Shown here piece after piece: positions 40,501-50,337 of a stretch of DNA of 64,000 nt; position 1 is the stretch's first letter; each line of letters opens with the position of its first letter. Both the position numbers and the translations under genes were made by a program. The notes under the pieces were generated by a model that had not been told where the DNA came from, made no database searches, and was given only the letters and a program-made list of their open reading frames with translations. Origin of the DNA: an uncultured Clostridia bacterium (GTDB taxonomy: Bacteria > Bacillota > Clostridia > TANB77 > CAG-508); assembly GCA_904384205.1 (NCBI GenBank), contig CAJFJY010000001.1, positions 19,690-83,689 of the forward strand. Reading direction: 5' to 3'.

Positions 40501-43500
40501 GAATATTTTGAAAAAAACTTAACAAAAGAGAATAATTATTTAATTACAGATAATTATCAAGAAGGAAGATATCCAGAAATTGTACCAAGGACATCATCAA
40601 CAAATATAGGATTATCCATTTTAGATGTGGTGGCTGCATATGATTTGAATTTTATAGAATTAGAAAAATGTTTAGAATACATTAATAATATTATGCTAAC
40701 AATTGACAGCCTACCAAAATGGAATGGACATTTATATAATTGGTATAATATCAAAACAAAAGAACCATTAAATCCTAAATATATTTCAACAGTTGATAGT
40801 GGAAACTTTGTTGGATATCTATATACACTAAAAATGTTTTTAGAAGAGATAAAAGAAACAGAATGTAATTCTAAAAATAGTATAGATAGAAACAGCAAAA
40901 CAGGAGAGAACACGGAGCCAAAAATAGAAAAAGAGGAAAACTTCGAATTAAATGAGGAAAGGCAAGAACCAATAATTAATAATTTAAAAGAGATAATTGA
41001 GAATAATATAGAAAGAATAGACAACATAATAAATAATACGGATTTTTCAATGCTTTATGATAAAGAACATCAGCTATTTTCAATTGGATTTAATATAGAA
41101 GAAAACAAATTAACAGATTCATATTATGATTTATTAGCATCAGAAGCAAGACAAACAAGTTTAGTTGCAGTAGCAAAAAAAGATGTACCAACAAAACATT
41201 GGAATTCATTAAGTAGAACATTAACAGTGCTTGGAAAATATAAAGGACTAATCTCATGGTCAGGAACAGCGTTTGAATATTTAATGCCAAATATAAATAT
41301 ACCAAAATATGAAGGAAGCTTGCTAGATGAATCATGTGATTTTATGATAATGAATCAAATAGAATACTCTAAAAAACTAAATATTCCATGGGGAATGTCA
41401 GAAGCGGCATTTAACCTAAAAGATTTGCAAGGAAACTACCAATATAAAGCATTTGGTTTGCCATGGCTAGGACTAAAGCGAGGATTAGCAGACGAAATGG
41501 TAATATCAAGCTATGGAACAATTTTGGCAATTCCAGATTATCCAAAAAAGGTAATAGAAAATATAAAAATTATGGAAAACTATGGAATGAGAGGAAAATA
41601 TGGGTTATATGAATCTTTAGATTTTACACCAGAAAGAGTAGAAAAAGGAGAAGTTGCAACACCAGTAAAAACATTTATGGCACATCACCAAAGCCTGATA
41701 TTATTATCAATAGATAACCTATTTAATCAAAATATTCTTCAAAAAAGATTTATGGAAAATCCAGAAATGAAAGCAGTAAGTATATTATTGCAAGAAAGAA
41801 TGCCAGAAAAAGCAATAATAACAAAAGAGAACAAAGAAAAAATAGAAAAATTAAAATATAAAGATTATGAAGACTATATACAAGAAACATATGACAAAAT
41901 AGATGAAAGGTTAATAAGAGGCAATGTAATTTCAAATGAAGAATATGTAATTGCAATGAATCAAAAAGGAAACGGATTTAGCAAATACAAAGACATATAT
42001 ATAAATAGATTCAAAAACACATCAGACTACAATCAAGGAATAATATTAAGTTTTAAAAATATAAAAACAAACAATATTTGGAGTTCAGTATATGAAAAAT
42101 CAAGTAAAGGAAAATACAAAATCACATTTACTCCAGATAAAATGAAACAAGAAATCTTATCAGAAAATATAAAAACAAAAATAGAAACAATAGTATCTCC
42201 AAATGAAGCAGTTGAAATAAGAAAAATAACATTAGAAAACCAAGGAAATGCAGAAGAAGTATTAGAAATAACATCATATTTAGAGCCAGTATTATCAAAA
42301 AAAGAACAAGACTATGCACATCCAGCATTTAATAATTTATTTCTAATATTTGACTATGATGAAGAAACAAATAGCCTAATCGTAAAAAGAAAGAAAAGAG
42401 AGCTACATGATAAAGAAATGTATTTAGCAGTAAACTTATCCACAAATAGTGAAACAATTGGGGATTTAGAATACGAAATAGACGAAGAAAAGTTTATAGG
42501 AAGAGGAAATTTTGGAAAACCACAAATGGTAGTTAATTCAAATCCATTATCCAAAAAAATAGGACTTGTAACAGAACCAATAGTAGCATTAAAAAGAACA
42601 GTAAAAATAGAACCAAACACAAAAACGACAATCAACCTAATAATATCAGTATCAGAAGAAAAAGAAGAAGTATTAAACAATATCAAAAAATATAAAACAG
42701 AAGAAAATATAGAAAAAGCATTTGAACTATCTAAAGCGCAAATAGAAGCACATAGTAGATATTTAAGAATAAAGGGGAAAGAAATAAAAGAATATGAAAA
42801 AATATTATCATATATAATTTTTAGTAATCCAGCAAAAAAATTGATTTTAGAAAAATTACCAAAAAGAACATATATGCAAAGTGACCTATGGAAATATGGA
42901 ATATCAGGTGATTTACCAATAATATTAGTAAAAATAAAAGATATAAATGATTCATATATAATAGAAGAAATTTTAAAGTGTTATGAATTCATAAGAACCA
43001 AAAAAATTGAAGTTGAAATTGTAATTTTAGACGAAGAAAAATATAGCTATGAAAATTTTGTAAGAGAAGAAATAGAAAATATTATATTAAATAAACATAT
43101 GTCATATTTAAAAAATATAAGAGGTGGAATATTTGAATTAAATAAAAATGAGATGGAACGAAAAGATAGAGAACTATTAGAAGCTGTTTCAACAATAATA
43201 ATAGATGCAAATAAAGGAGGAATTAAAAACAATATACAAGATGTAGAAGATGAATATTCGGAAAAAACCAAAATAAATGAAATAGAAGAAAAAAATCAAA
43301 TAATGCCAGATGATGAAACAGAAAGTATAAATATAATTCAAAATAATGAAAACCTAAAATATTATAATGAAGTAGGAGCATTTTCACCTGATGGAAAAGA
43401 ATATTATATCACAGTAAATAAAAATAATAGATTGCCAATTGTATGGTCACAAATACTTGCAAACGAAAAATTTGGAACACTTGTAACTGAAAGCTTAGGA

Positions 43501-45774
43501 GGATATACATGGTATAAAAATAGTAGATTAAATAGAGTAACATCATGGGAAAATAGACCAACAATGGATCCACCTAGTGAAAGCATATTTATAAAAGACA
43601 CAGAAAATAATAAAACTTGGTCTGTGGGATTAAATCCAAAACCAGACGATAAAGAATATAATATTATTTATGGCTTCGGATATGCAAAATACTTGCATAA
43701 AAGTGATGGAATAGAACAAGAATTAGAAGTATTTGTACCAAAAGAAGATAGTATAAAAATACAAACATTAAAATTAAAAAATGTAACACCTGCAAAAAAG
43801 AAACTAAAAATAGTATATTATGCAAAACTTGTATTAGGAGAAGATGAATTAAAAAGCAATGGATATATAAATTTAAAATATGATGAAAACAATAATATAA
43901 TCTGTGCAAAAAATATATATAATTCAGAATTCCCAAACGATATAATATATATATCAAATAGTGAAAAAATGAAAAGTTATACAGGAGATAAAAACTATTT
44001 TCTAGGAACGGGAGGAATTTCAAATCCAGACGGATTAAAACAAAACAATTTAAATAATGAAAATAGTTTAGGTAAAAAGCCATGTATAGCATATGAAATA
44101 GAAATAGAATTAGAAAGTTTTGGAGAAAAAGAAATTGTATTTATGTTAGGAGCAGAAGAAAGCATAATAGAAAGTAAAAATAAAGCATATAAATATAGCA
44201 AATTACAGAATTGCAAACAAGAACTAGAAAAAGTAAAACAATATTGGAAAGAAATTTTAAATAAAGTGCAAGTATATACACCAATCGAATCAACAAATAT
44301 AATATTAAATGGATGGGCAATATATCAAACAATAGCAAGTAGATTATTAGGAAAAACTGGATATTACCAATCAGGTGGAGCATATGGATTTAGAGATCAA
44401 TTACAAGACACTTTAGCATTAAAATATATAAATCCAGAAATACTAAAAAATCAAATAATAAAACACAGCAAACATCAATTCTTGGAAGGCGATGTAGAAC
44501 ACTGGTGGCATGAAGAAACAAAAAGAGGAATCAGAACAAGATTTTCAGATGACTTATTATGGCTTGTATTTTTAACAATAGAATATATCAATGTTACTGG
44601 AGATAAAGAAATACTAAAAATAGAAACACCTTATTTAGAAGGAAAAGTATTAGAAGAAGGACAAGATGAAAAATATGATAAATATTTAGAAAGTAAAACA
44701 GTAGGAAGTATTTATGAACATTGTAGAAAAGCAATAGAGAAAAGCTTGAATTTTGGAGAAAATGGATTACCTAAAATAGGTTCAGGAGACTGGAACGACG
44801 GTCTAAACACGGTAGGAAATAAAGGTAAAGGAGAAAGTGTTTGGCTTGGATTTTTCCTATATGATATATTAGATAATTGGATACAAATTCTAAATGAAAT
44901 AAAAGAAGACGAAGAAAACAAAAAGATTAATGATATACAAAAAGATATAGAAAGATATCAAGAAATAAAAATAAATCTAAAAAAAGCGTTAAATACAAAT
45001 GGTTGGGATGGCAGATGGTATAAAAGAGCATTTATGGATGATGGAAATGTACTAGGAAGTATGGAAAATGACGAATGCAGAATAGATAGTATATCACAAA
45101 GTTGGAGCACAATTTCAAATGCAGGAGATAATGATAAAAAATATATATCAATAGAAAGTTTAGAAAATCATTTAGTAGATAGAGAAAATGGAATAATAAA
45201 ATTATTAGATCCACCTTTTGAAAAAGGAAAATTAGAACCAGGATATATTAAATCATATTTACCAGGAGTAAGAGAAAACGGAGGACAATACACACATGCA
45301 AGTTGCTGGGTAATAATTGCAGAAGCAATGCTAGGTTTTGGAGATAAAGCATTAAACTTATATAAAATGATAAATCCGATAGAACACTCAAGAACAAAAG
45401 CATCAGTTCAAAAATATAAAGTAGAACCATATGCAATAGCAGCAGATATATATGGAGCAAGTAACTTAGCAGGTAGAGGTGGCTGGACCTGGTACACAGG
45501 CTCATCTAGCTGGTATTACAAAGCAGGACTTGAATATATTCTTGGACTTAAAATAAATAAAGGAATAATGATGGTTAAGCCATGTATCCCAAAAGAATGG
45601 AAAGAATATAAAATAGACTATCATTATGGAAATAGTATTTATCACATCATTGTCAAAAATCCAAATGGAAAAAATACTGGAATAACAAAAGTTATTTTAA
45701 ATGGAAAAGAAGTGGAAAATAAAATAAAATTAGATAAAAACGGTGGTATTTATAATGTAGAAATAGAGATGTAA
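37516..45774 (+). CDS. Giant (2752 aa) cyclic beta-1,2-glucan synthase-like protein (Cgs/NdvB/ChvB architecture: GT84 glycosyltransferase, TM segments, central alpha/alpha region, C-terminal GH94 phosphorylase-like domain)
   Basis: TM clusters around aa 390-450 and 790-950. GT-A like D-x-D region (ITLDADTDL). C-terminal GH94 signature GYYQSGGAYGFRDQLQDTLAL and WYTGSSSWYY. TTG start with SD AGGAGTGG. Confidence 0.8.
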   Translation: MKENRRLNINGTMLEKSQLDKYLEKIAASHNICTKSDKTTYPIPGLLEDFEFIKEVYDLLNQHLKLEITIHPAGEWLLDNLYIIEETVKQIKNELTLKKYTNFVGIANGEYKGFARIYVLASEIVAYTDNKIEKENLEEYLKSYQSKKELSMDEIWNIGIFLQIAIIQNIRKVCEKIAASQIEKYKVENIAERLIENKNKNDLIYKNNISIKNRKIIFQDMKYPFIEYMSYTLKKYGKKGIGYLNVLEETVEKLGTTVSEVIQKEHFDIAVQKVLIGNSITSIKNIQRINFLEIFEKINGVEDILKQDPAGVYPIMEYKTKEYYRNKIKEISNKTKISEIYIARKTLEICREKQEKQKDKKETHIGYYLIDKGINALYEKLEYKTKKQMEEKTKTKIYISSILVLSVILSAILATIINSKINNIVIFILSFIIFFIPTTEITIQIIQYILSKIVKPKLIPKIDFSNGIDKENSTMVIIPTILDSKEKVKELMGKLEVYYIANKSPNIYFTLLGDCTESIKKEEDFDKEVIEEGLKQTEKLNKKYSKENENKNLKLFNFIYRKREWNDKEGSYLGWERKRGMINQFNSYILGKIPNPFLENTIERYGKENIKYIITLDADTDLILNSAEKLVGAMTHILNKPVIDEEKNIVVDGYGIMQPRIGINLDLCYKNLFTKIFAGDGGIDCYTNAISDIYQDNFKEGIFTGKGIYDLKVFEQVLEKEIPENTVLSHDLLEGCYLRCGLVSDVMLMDGYPTKYNSFMNRLSRWIRGDWQIIKWLKNKKLNLLSKYKIFDNLRRSLVEISLVISLIYLSIISAIYKTKETGIFVTVILISILPFILEFLDILIFKKEGEEKQRTFTPKISGIKGIVIRAILTFGNLPYKAYVSLKSICKTIYRVLFTHKHLLEWTTSEEAEKQAKSDLISYYKQMFINLIFGAITLILGIYKRNIFVFLIAIIWLITPVIMCEISKTKVKKQKVDELNKKEKEYVKEIAKSTWEYFEKNLTKENNYLITDNYQEGRYPEIVPRTSSTNIGLSILDVVAAYDLNFIELEKCLEYINNIMLTIDSLPKWNGHLYNWYNIKTKEPLNPKYISTVDSGNFVGYLYTLKMFLEEIKETECNSKNSIDRNSKTGENTEPKIEKEENFELNEERQEPIINNLKEIIENNIERIDNIINNTDFSMLYDKEHQLFSIGFNIEENKLTDSYYDLLASEARQTSLVAVAKKDVPTKHWNSLSRTLTVLGKYKGLISWSGTAFEYLMPNINIPKYEGSLLDESCDFMIMNQIEYSKKLNIPWGMSEAAFNLKDLQGNYQYKAFGLPWLGLKRGLADEMVISSYGTILAIPDYPKKVIENIKIMENYGMRGKYGLYESLDFTPERVEKGEVATPVKTFMAHHQSLILLSIDNLFNQNILQKRFMENPEMKAVSILLQERMPEKAIITKENKEKIEKLKYKDYEDYIQETYDKIDERLIRGNVISNEEYVIAMNQKGNGFSKYKDIYINRFKNTSDYNQGIILSFKNIKTNNIWSSVYEKSSKGKYKITFTPDKMKQEILSENIKTKIETIVSPNEAVEIRKITLENQGNAEEVLEITSYLEPVLSKKEQDYAHPAFNNLFLIFDYDEETNSLIVKRKKRELHDKEMYLAVNLSTNSETIGDLEYEIDEEKFIGRGNFGKPQMVVNSNPLSKKIGLVTEPIVALKRTVKIEPNTKTTINLIISVSEEKEEVLNNIKKYKTEENIEKAFELSKAQIEAHSRYLRIKGKEIKEYEKILSYIIFSNPAKKLILEKLPKRTYMQSDLWKYGISGDLPIILVKIKDINDSYIIEEILKCYEFIRTKKIEVEIVILDEEKYSYENFVREEIENIILNKHMSYLKNIRGGIFELNKNEMERKDRELLEAVSTIIIDANKGGIKNNIQDVEDEYSEKTKINEIEEKNQIMPDDETESINIIQNNENLKYYNEVGAFSPDGKEYYITVNKNNRLPIVWSQILANEKFGTLVTESLGGYTWYKNSRLNRVTSWENRPTMDPPSESIFIKDTENNKTWSVGLNPKPDDKEYNIIYGFGYAKYLHKSDGIEQELEVFVPKEDSIKIQTLKLKNVTPAKKKLKIVYYAKLVLGEDELKSNGYINLKYDENNNIICAKNIYNSEFPNDIIYISNSEKMKSYTGDKNYFLGTGGISNPDGLKQNNLNNENSLGKKPCIAYEIEIELESFGEKEIVFMLGAEESIIESKNKAYKYSKLQNCKQELEKVKQYWKEILNKVQVYTPIESTNIILNGWAIYQTIASRLLGKTGYYQSGGAYGFRDQLQDTLALKYINPEILKNQIIKHSKHQFLEGDVEHWWHEETKRGIRTRFSDDLLWLVFLTIEYINVTGDKEILKIETPYLEGKVLEEGQDEKYDKYLESKTVGSIYEHCRKAIEKSLNFGENGLPKIGSGDWNDGLNTVGNKGKGESVWLGFFLYDILDNWIQILNEIKEDEENKKINDIQKDIERYQEIKINLKKALNTNGWDGRWYKRAFMDDGNVLGSMENDECRIDSISQSWSTISNAGDNDKKYISIESLENHLVDRENGIIKLLDPPFEKGKLEPGYIKSYLPGVRENGGQYTHASCWVIIAEAMLGFGDKALNLYKMINPIEHSRTKASVQKYKVEPYAIAADIYGASNLAGRGGWTWYTGSSSWYYKAGLEYILGLKINKGIMMVKPCIPKEWKEYKIDYHYGNSIYHIIVKNPNGKNTGITKVILNGKEVENKIKLDKNGGIYNVEIEM

Positions 45775-45777
45775 TAC

Positions 45778-45805
45778 AAAAAAGACCCAAATAAATGGGT
45801 CTTTT
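45778..45805 (+). terminator. Rho-independent terminator (AAAAAGACCCAAATAAATGGGTCTTTT)
   Basis: Direct reading. Followed by the GGGAC-family fragment CCGGTCCCCACACGAGCTC at 45811..45836. Confidence 0.75.
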
Positions 45806-46003
45806 CTAGCTAGCCGGTCCCCACACGAGCTCACTTCGAAAAATATGAATTAAACCTTTTCAAGATTATTTGCTATATATGGCTGTGAATTGTAACTTTA
45901 CATACAGTTATATACAAATATTTAAAAAAAACCACTTGTATAATAAAAACAATTGTGATATAAATATGTTAAAAAATAAAGCTAAAGAAAGGCGGAAGTT
46001 TTT

Positions 46004-46753
46004 GTGGAAGAAAATATAGATAAGGATGTAAAGACAATATTAATTGTAGACGATGAACAGCCAATAATAGATGTTTTAGTATACAATTTAAAAAAGGAAG
46101 GATATAGAACAATAGAAGCAAATGACGGAATAACAGCAGTAAATATGGCATTAGACGAAAAGCCAGACTTAATGCTATTAGATATCATGCTTCCAAAGTT
46201 AGATGGATTATCTGTATGCAAAAGAGTAAAAAATTCACTAAATATACCAATAATAATGCTAACAGCAAAAGATGGAGAAATAGATAAAATATTAGGATTA
46301 GAATTAGGAGCAGATGACTATATAACAAAACCATTTAGTGTAAGAGAACTTGTAGCAAGAGTAAAAGCTAACCTAAGAAAAGTAGATGTCGTTTCTAATG
46401 TACAACAATATATACCTAAAAACACAGAGAAAAAGAAGAAAGAAAATAAAATAGTAGTAGGAGATCTAGAATTAGATCTAGACAAATTTGAAGTAAAAGT
46501 AAGAGGAGAAATAATAGATTTAACATTAAGAGAATTTGAAGTATTAAAATTTTTAGCAACACAACCAGGACAAGTAGTAACAAGAGAAGTATTGCTTGAA
46601 AAAGTATGGGGATATGAATACTATGGAGATATAAGAACAGTAGATGTTACAGTAAGAAGAATAAGAGAAAAAATAGAAAAAGACACATCTGCTCCAAAAA
46701 TATTGATTACAAAAAGAGGAGTAGGATATTATGTCCAAGATGGAAAAAATTAA
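46004..46753 (+). CDS. OmpR/PhoB-family response regulator (receiver plus winged-helix), no adjacent histidine kinase
   Basis: Receiver (LIVDDEQPI...DLMLLDIMLPKLDG...TAKDGEIDK) and trans_reg_C (LTLREFEVLKFLATQPGQVVTRE...RTVDVTVRRIREKIE). GTG start. Confidence 0.85.
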   Translation: MEENIDKDVKTILIVDDEQPIIDVLVYNLKKEGYRTIEANDGITAVNMALDEKPDLMLLDIMLPKLDGLSVCKRVKNSLNIPIIMLTAKDGEIDKILGLELGADDYITKPFSVRELVARVKANLRKVDVVSNVQQYIPKNTEKKKKENKIVVGDLELDLDKFEVKVRGEIIDLTLREFEVLKFLATQPGQVVTREVLLEKVWGYEYYGDIRTVDVTVRRIREKIEKDTSAPKILITKRGVGYYVQDGKN

Positions 46754-46822
46754 TGGTCAATTGGGGACAGGTACCAATTAACCAAAAATGGTTTATTAGG
46801 GACAGGTTTCAATTAACTAAAA
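46751..46822 (+). repeat. Repeat family C copy 3 (TAATGGTCAATTGGGGACAGGTACCAATTAACCAAAAATGGTTTATTAGGGACAGGTTTCAATTAAC), starting on the response-regulator TAA stop
   Basis: Core shared with the copies at 30913 and 35497. Confidence 0.8.
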
Positions 46823-47006
46823 ATATTCAAAAAGGATAGAATAATTATCCTTTTTGAATATTTTTTTGCATGTTTTTAGTTTTAAAACAAATTAAAAAAT
46901 CATCATATTGACTTTTATAAACAAATTATATATTATAAAAGCATAAAGGAAAAATTTAAATTTAAACTTCCTAATCAAAATGTAAAAGAAAATAAAGAGG
47001 TCAAAA

Positions 47007-48062
47007 ATGAATAGAAAAGAAACAAGAAAAGTAATGGTAGGAAATGTACAAATAGGAGGACAAAATAAAGTAGTAATCCAATCAATGTGCAACACAAAAA
47101 CAAAAAACGTAAAAAACACAGTAGAGCAAATATTAAAATTAGAAAAAGCAGGATGTGAAATAATAAGAGTAGCATGTTTAGACATAGAAGATGCCAAAGC
47201 AATCAAAGAAATCAAAAAGCAAATACATATACCAATAGTAGCAGACATACATTTTGATTATAGAATAGCCTTAGAAGCAATAAAAGCAGGAGTAGATAAG
47301 GTACGTATAAATCCAGGAAATATAGGATCAGAAGAAAGAGTAAAAATGGTAGTAGATGAATGCAAAAAGCACAAAATACCAATAAGAATAGGAGTAAATG
47401 CAGGATCATTAGAAAAGGATTTATTAGAAAAATATGGAGGAAAGCCAACAGCGAAAGCCATGGTAGAGAGTGCCAAAAGACATGTAGATATACTAGAAAA
47501 ATTAGACTTTTATGATATACTAATATCTTTAAAAGCATCTAATTTAGACTTATGTATAGAAGCATATGAAGAAGCATCAAAAGAATTTCCATATCCATTG
47601 CATTTAGGAATAACAGAAGCAGGAACAGAATTTAGTGGAACAATCAAATCAAGTATTGGATTAGGATATATGTTAAGAGAAGGAATAGGCGATACGATGA
47701 GAGTATCTCTATCAGATGATCCAATAAAAGAAATAAAAGTTGCGAAAGAAATTTTAAAAGACTGCAATTTATATAAAAAATCTCCAACAATAGTCGCATG
47801 CCCAACATGTGGAAGAACGCAAATAGATTTAATACCAATTGCAAAAGAAGTAGAAGAATTTTTACAAACAATCGAATCAGATATAACAGTTGCAGTAATG
47901 GGATGTGCAGTAAACGGTCCAGGGGAAGCAAGAGAAGCAGATATTGGAATTGCAGGAGGAATAAAAGAAGGACTTTTATTTAAAAAAGGAGAAATCATAA
48001 AAAAAGTAAAACAAGAAGATATTGTAGAATGTCTAAAAGAAGAAATATTAAAAATGATATAA
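47007..48062 (+). CDS. ispG: 4-hydroxy-3-methylbut-2-en-1-yl diphosphate synthase (flavodoxin)
   Basis: GcpE family: TIM-barrel N-domain (VQIGG...IRVAC) and C-terminal 4Fe-4S Cys motif CPTCGRT...GCAVNGPGE. Confidence 0.9.
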   Translation: MNRKETRKVMVGNVQIGGQNKVVIQSMCNTKTKNVKNTVEQILKLEKAGCEIIRVACLDIEDAKAIKEIKKQIHIPIVADIHFDYRIALEAIKAGVDKVRINPGNIGSEERVKMVVDECKKHKIPIRIGVNAGSLEKDLLEKYGGKPTAKAMVESAKRHVDILEKLDFYDILISLKASNLDLCIEAYEEASKEFPYPLHLGITEAGTEFSGTIKSSIGLGYMLREGIGDTMRVSLSDDPIKEIKVAKEILKDCNLYKKSPTIVACPTCGRTQIDLIPIAKEVEEFLQTIESDITVAVMGCAVNGPGEAREADIGIAGGIKEGLLFKKGEIIKKVKQEDIVECLKEEILKMI

Positions 48063-48188
48063 TAATTGTTACAGCTCAGTAACAAATAATTGTAAAAGCT
48101 CAGAATATAATAATTTATTAATTTTAATTATACTAAACTGTAACTGATTATTACCATCAAAATAATTATAAAATGGAAGGAATGTTAA

Positions 48189-49040
48189 ATGGAAATTATA
48201 GTAGGAAAAACAGCAGGATTTTGCTATGGAGTAAAAAGAGCAGTTGATGGAGCTAAAAAACTTGTAGAAAACAATCATGACATATATTGTTTAGGAGAGT
48301 TAGTGCATAATAAAGAAGTAATAAATGAATTAACTAATCAAGGAATGAAAGTTATTAACAATATTAATGAAGCAAAAGGAAAGACCATAATAAGAGCACA
48401 TGGAGTACCTAAAGAAATATATAATATGGTTAAAGAAAAAAATATAGAATTAGAAGATTTTACATGTCCAAATGTAGCTAAAATACATGAAATAGCTCAA
48501 GAATATAGTAATAATGATTATTATATATTCTTATTTGGAAGTAGAGAACATCCAGAAAATATAGGTACAATGAGTTTTTGTGGAAAAGATTATTCAATTA
48601 TAAACAAAAACGAAGATATAGAAAAAGCAATAGAAAACTTAAAAGAATCTAACAAAAAAGATTTATTAATAATTTCTCAAACAACATATAGTTTAGAAGA
48701 TTTTAATAAATTCATAAAAATAATAGAAGAAAGGCTTAAAGAAAACTATAATATAACAATAAAAAATACAATATGCAGAGCAACAGAATTGAGACAAAAA
48801 GAAACAGAAGATATTTCAAAAAAAGTTGACTTAATGATAATAATCGGAGGAAAAAACAGTTCTAATACACAAAAACTATTCAATATAGCAAAAGAATATT
48901 GCAAAAATGCAATGTTAATAGAAAATTCAAAAGAATTAAATATAGAAGATGTTAAAAAACATGAAAAAATAGGAATAATGGCAGGAGCATCAACTCCACA
49001 AAAAAGCATTGATGAAATTTTGAATATTTTAAATAAATAA
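48189..49040 (+). CDS. ispH: 4-hydroxy-3-methylbut-2-enyl diphosphate reductase
   Basis: LytB family: GFCYGVKRAV, conserved Cys residues (C12, C94-region, C197-region), GGKNSSNTQKL. Confidence 0.9.
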   Translation: MEIIVGKTAGFCYGVKRAVDGAKKLVENNHDIYCLGELVHNKEVINELTNQGMKVINNINEAKGKTIIRAHGVPKEIYNMVKEKNIELEDFTCPNVAKIHEIAQEYSNNDYYIFLFGSREHPENIGTMSFCGKDYSIINKNEDIEKAIENLKESNKKDLLIISQTTYSLEDFNKFIKIIEERLKENYNITIKNTICRATELRQKETEDISKKVDLMIIIGGKNSSNTQKLFNIAKEYCKNAMLIENSKELNIEDVKKHEKIGIMAGASTPQKSIDEILNILNK

Positions 49041-49088
49041 TTATATAAAAAAATATGTATAATTATGTCTTATAATTTTTAATATAAT

Positions 49089-49232
49089 CATGCTCCCGAA
49101 TGTAATAATTTATTAATTTTTCCGTCTCCCCATTCTAAAAATTCTAACAAAAGTTTTTCGAACTTTTGAGAATTTTTGAACGGTCCCCACAAGGCTCTCC
49201 AAAATTAATAAATTATTACATTCTCGCGCTAT
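49089..49232. repeat. Element E: about 28-bp imperfect terminal inverted repeats (GCTCCCGAATGTAATAATTTATTAATTTT / AAAATTAATAAATTATTACATTCTCGCGC) around a core with GGGGAC-type motifs (CCGTCTCCCC...GAACGGTCCCCACAAGGCTC)
   Basis: Direct reading. Core related to 45811..45836. Terminal motif related to 34188..34265. Confidence 0.7.
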
Positions 49233-49513
49233 AAATATTTTTCTATATTAAAGACACAATTATACATATTTTTAACTTTTAAAATAGAAAAATAGTGAAA
49301 CCTATAATTAAAAAGCAAACTTATAGGTTCTGATAATGTCGAATAATGCGATGAAAAGTGCAGAAAATAAAGAAAAAAGTATTGACTTGACATAAAAAAC
49401 AGAATATACTAAATGTGTAAATGAATTATAATTCTTTATTTCAATAATTTTTAAATCTTTTTCAAATTCCAAAAAATAAAAAAATGAAAGAAAGGAGGAA
49501 AAGTATTACATAA

Positions 49514-50134
49514 ATGAACCAAAAACTTATTGCCAAAAGCAATTTTGTTCTAAGTCAAGTTTTAAATTCAGAAGACAGCTTAGATATATTACAAGATTTT
49601 ATAGAAGCAATATTAAAAATAAAAATTGAAGAAATAAAATTAAATAATCATAAAGGAGAAAATGTAGTGACATCGAAAAATTTTGGAATAGCTGATGTCA
49701 GAATAAAGACAGAAGATAAAAAAGAAATGAATGTTGGAATTCAAATAATTGATGGTAAATATATTCAAACAAAATTATTGTTATATTATGCACAAGTTCA
49801 CAATTTTCAATTAAAAAGTAATGGGAAGATTGCGAAAACAATCACAATAAACATACTTAACGATAATTGTTATAAAACATATTGTTATCATCAAAAAATA
49901 ACTTTAAAAAATAAGGAACCTAGCTTTGAAGAAGAGAAGATAGAATTACATATAATCGAGTTGTTAAAATTTCAACCAATATTTTTGCATCAACTAAATA
50001 AAGAAGAACAATGGATAACATATTTAAAAGGACAATATGTAGAAGAAATAGAAAGAGTAAAAAGAATGAACTATAAAATCAATAAATTAGATAAGTTAGT
50101 TGATAAATATTGGAAAGATGAAGTAATAGAATAA
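49514..50134 (+). CDS. Rpn/YhgA-like PD-(D/E)XK nuclease family protein (short paralog, 206 aa)
   Basis: FGIADVRIKTEDKKEMNVGIQII, YYAQVHNFQLKSNGKIAKTITINILN and IELHIIELLKF match the Rpn nuclease-core blocks. No C-terminal GIEQ tail. Confidence 0.7.
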   Translation: MNQKLIAKSNFVLSQVLNSEDSLDILQDFIEAILKIKIEEIKLNNHKGENVVTSKNFGIADVRIKTEDKKEMNVGIQIIDGKYIQTKLLLYYAQVHNFQLKSNGKIAKTITINILNDNCYKTYCYHQKITLKNKEPSFEEEKIELHIIELLKFQPIFLHQLNKEEQWITYLKGQYVEEIERVKRMNYKINKLDKLVDKYWKDEVIE

Positions 50135-50153
50135 AAAATATAAATATTAAAGT

Positions 50154-50227
50154 AAAGAATCCAACTAGCCACTTGGTTGGATTCTTTTAAATAATCTATT
50201 AGGAAAGTCATACTGACTTTCTAATAG
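50154..50227. terminator. Two consecutive hairpin terminators (AAGAATCCAAC...GTTGGATTCTT and CTATTAGGAAAGTCA...TGACTTTCCTAATAG) between the convergent Rpn and PBP genes
   Basis: Direct reading. Confidence 0.65.
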
Positions 50228-50337
50228 ATAAAAAATATTGCACACAAATTTATTTCATAAATTTGGCGCACGAACAATTACGCGGGTTTTAAAATGTTAT
50301 AAACAGATAAAATATTCAAAAAAGCCCGCTATTGTTC

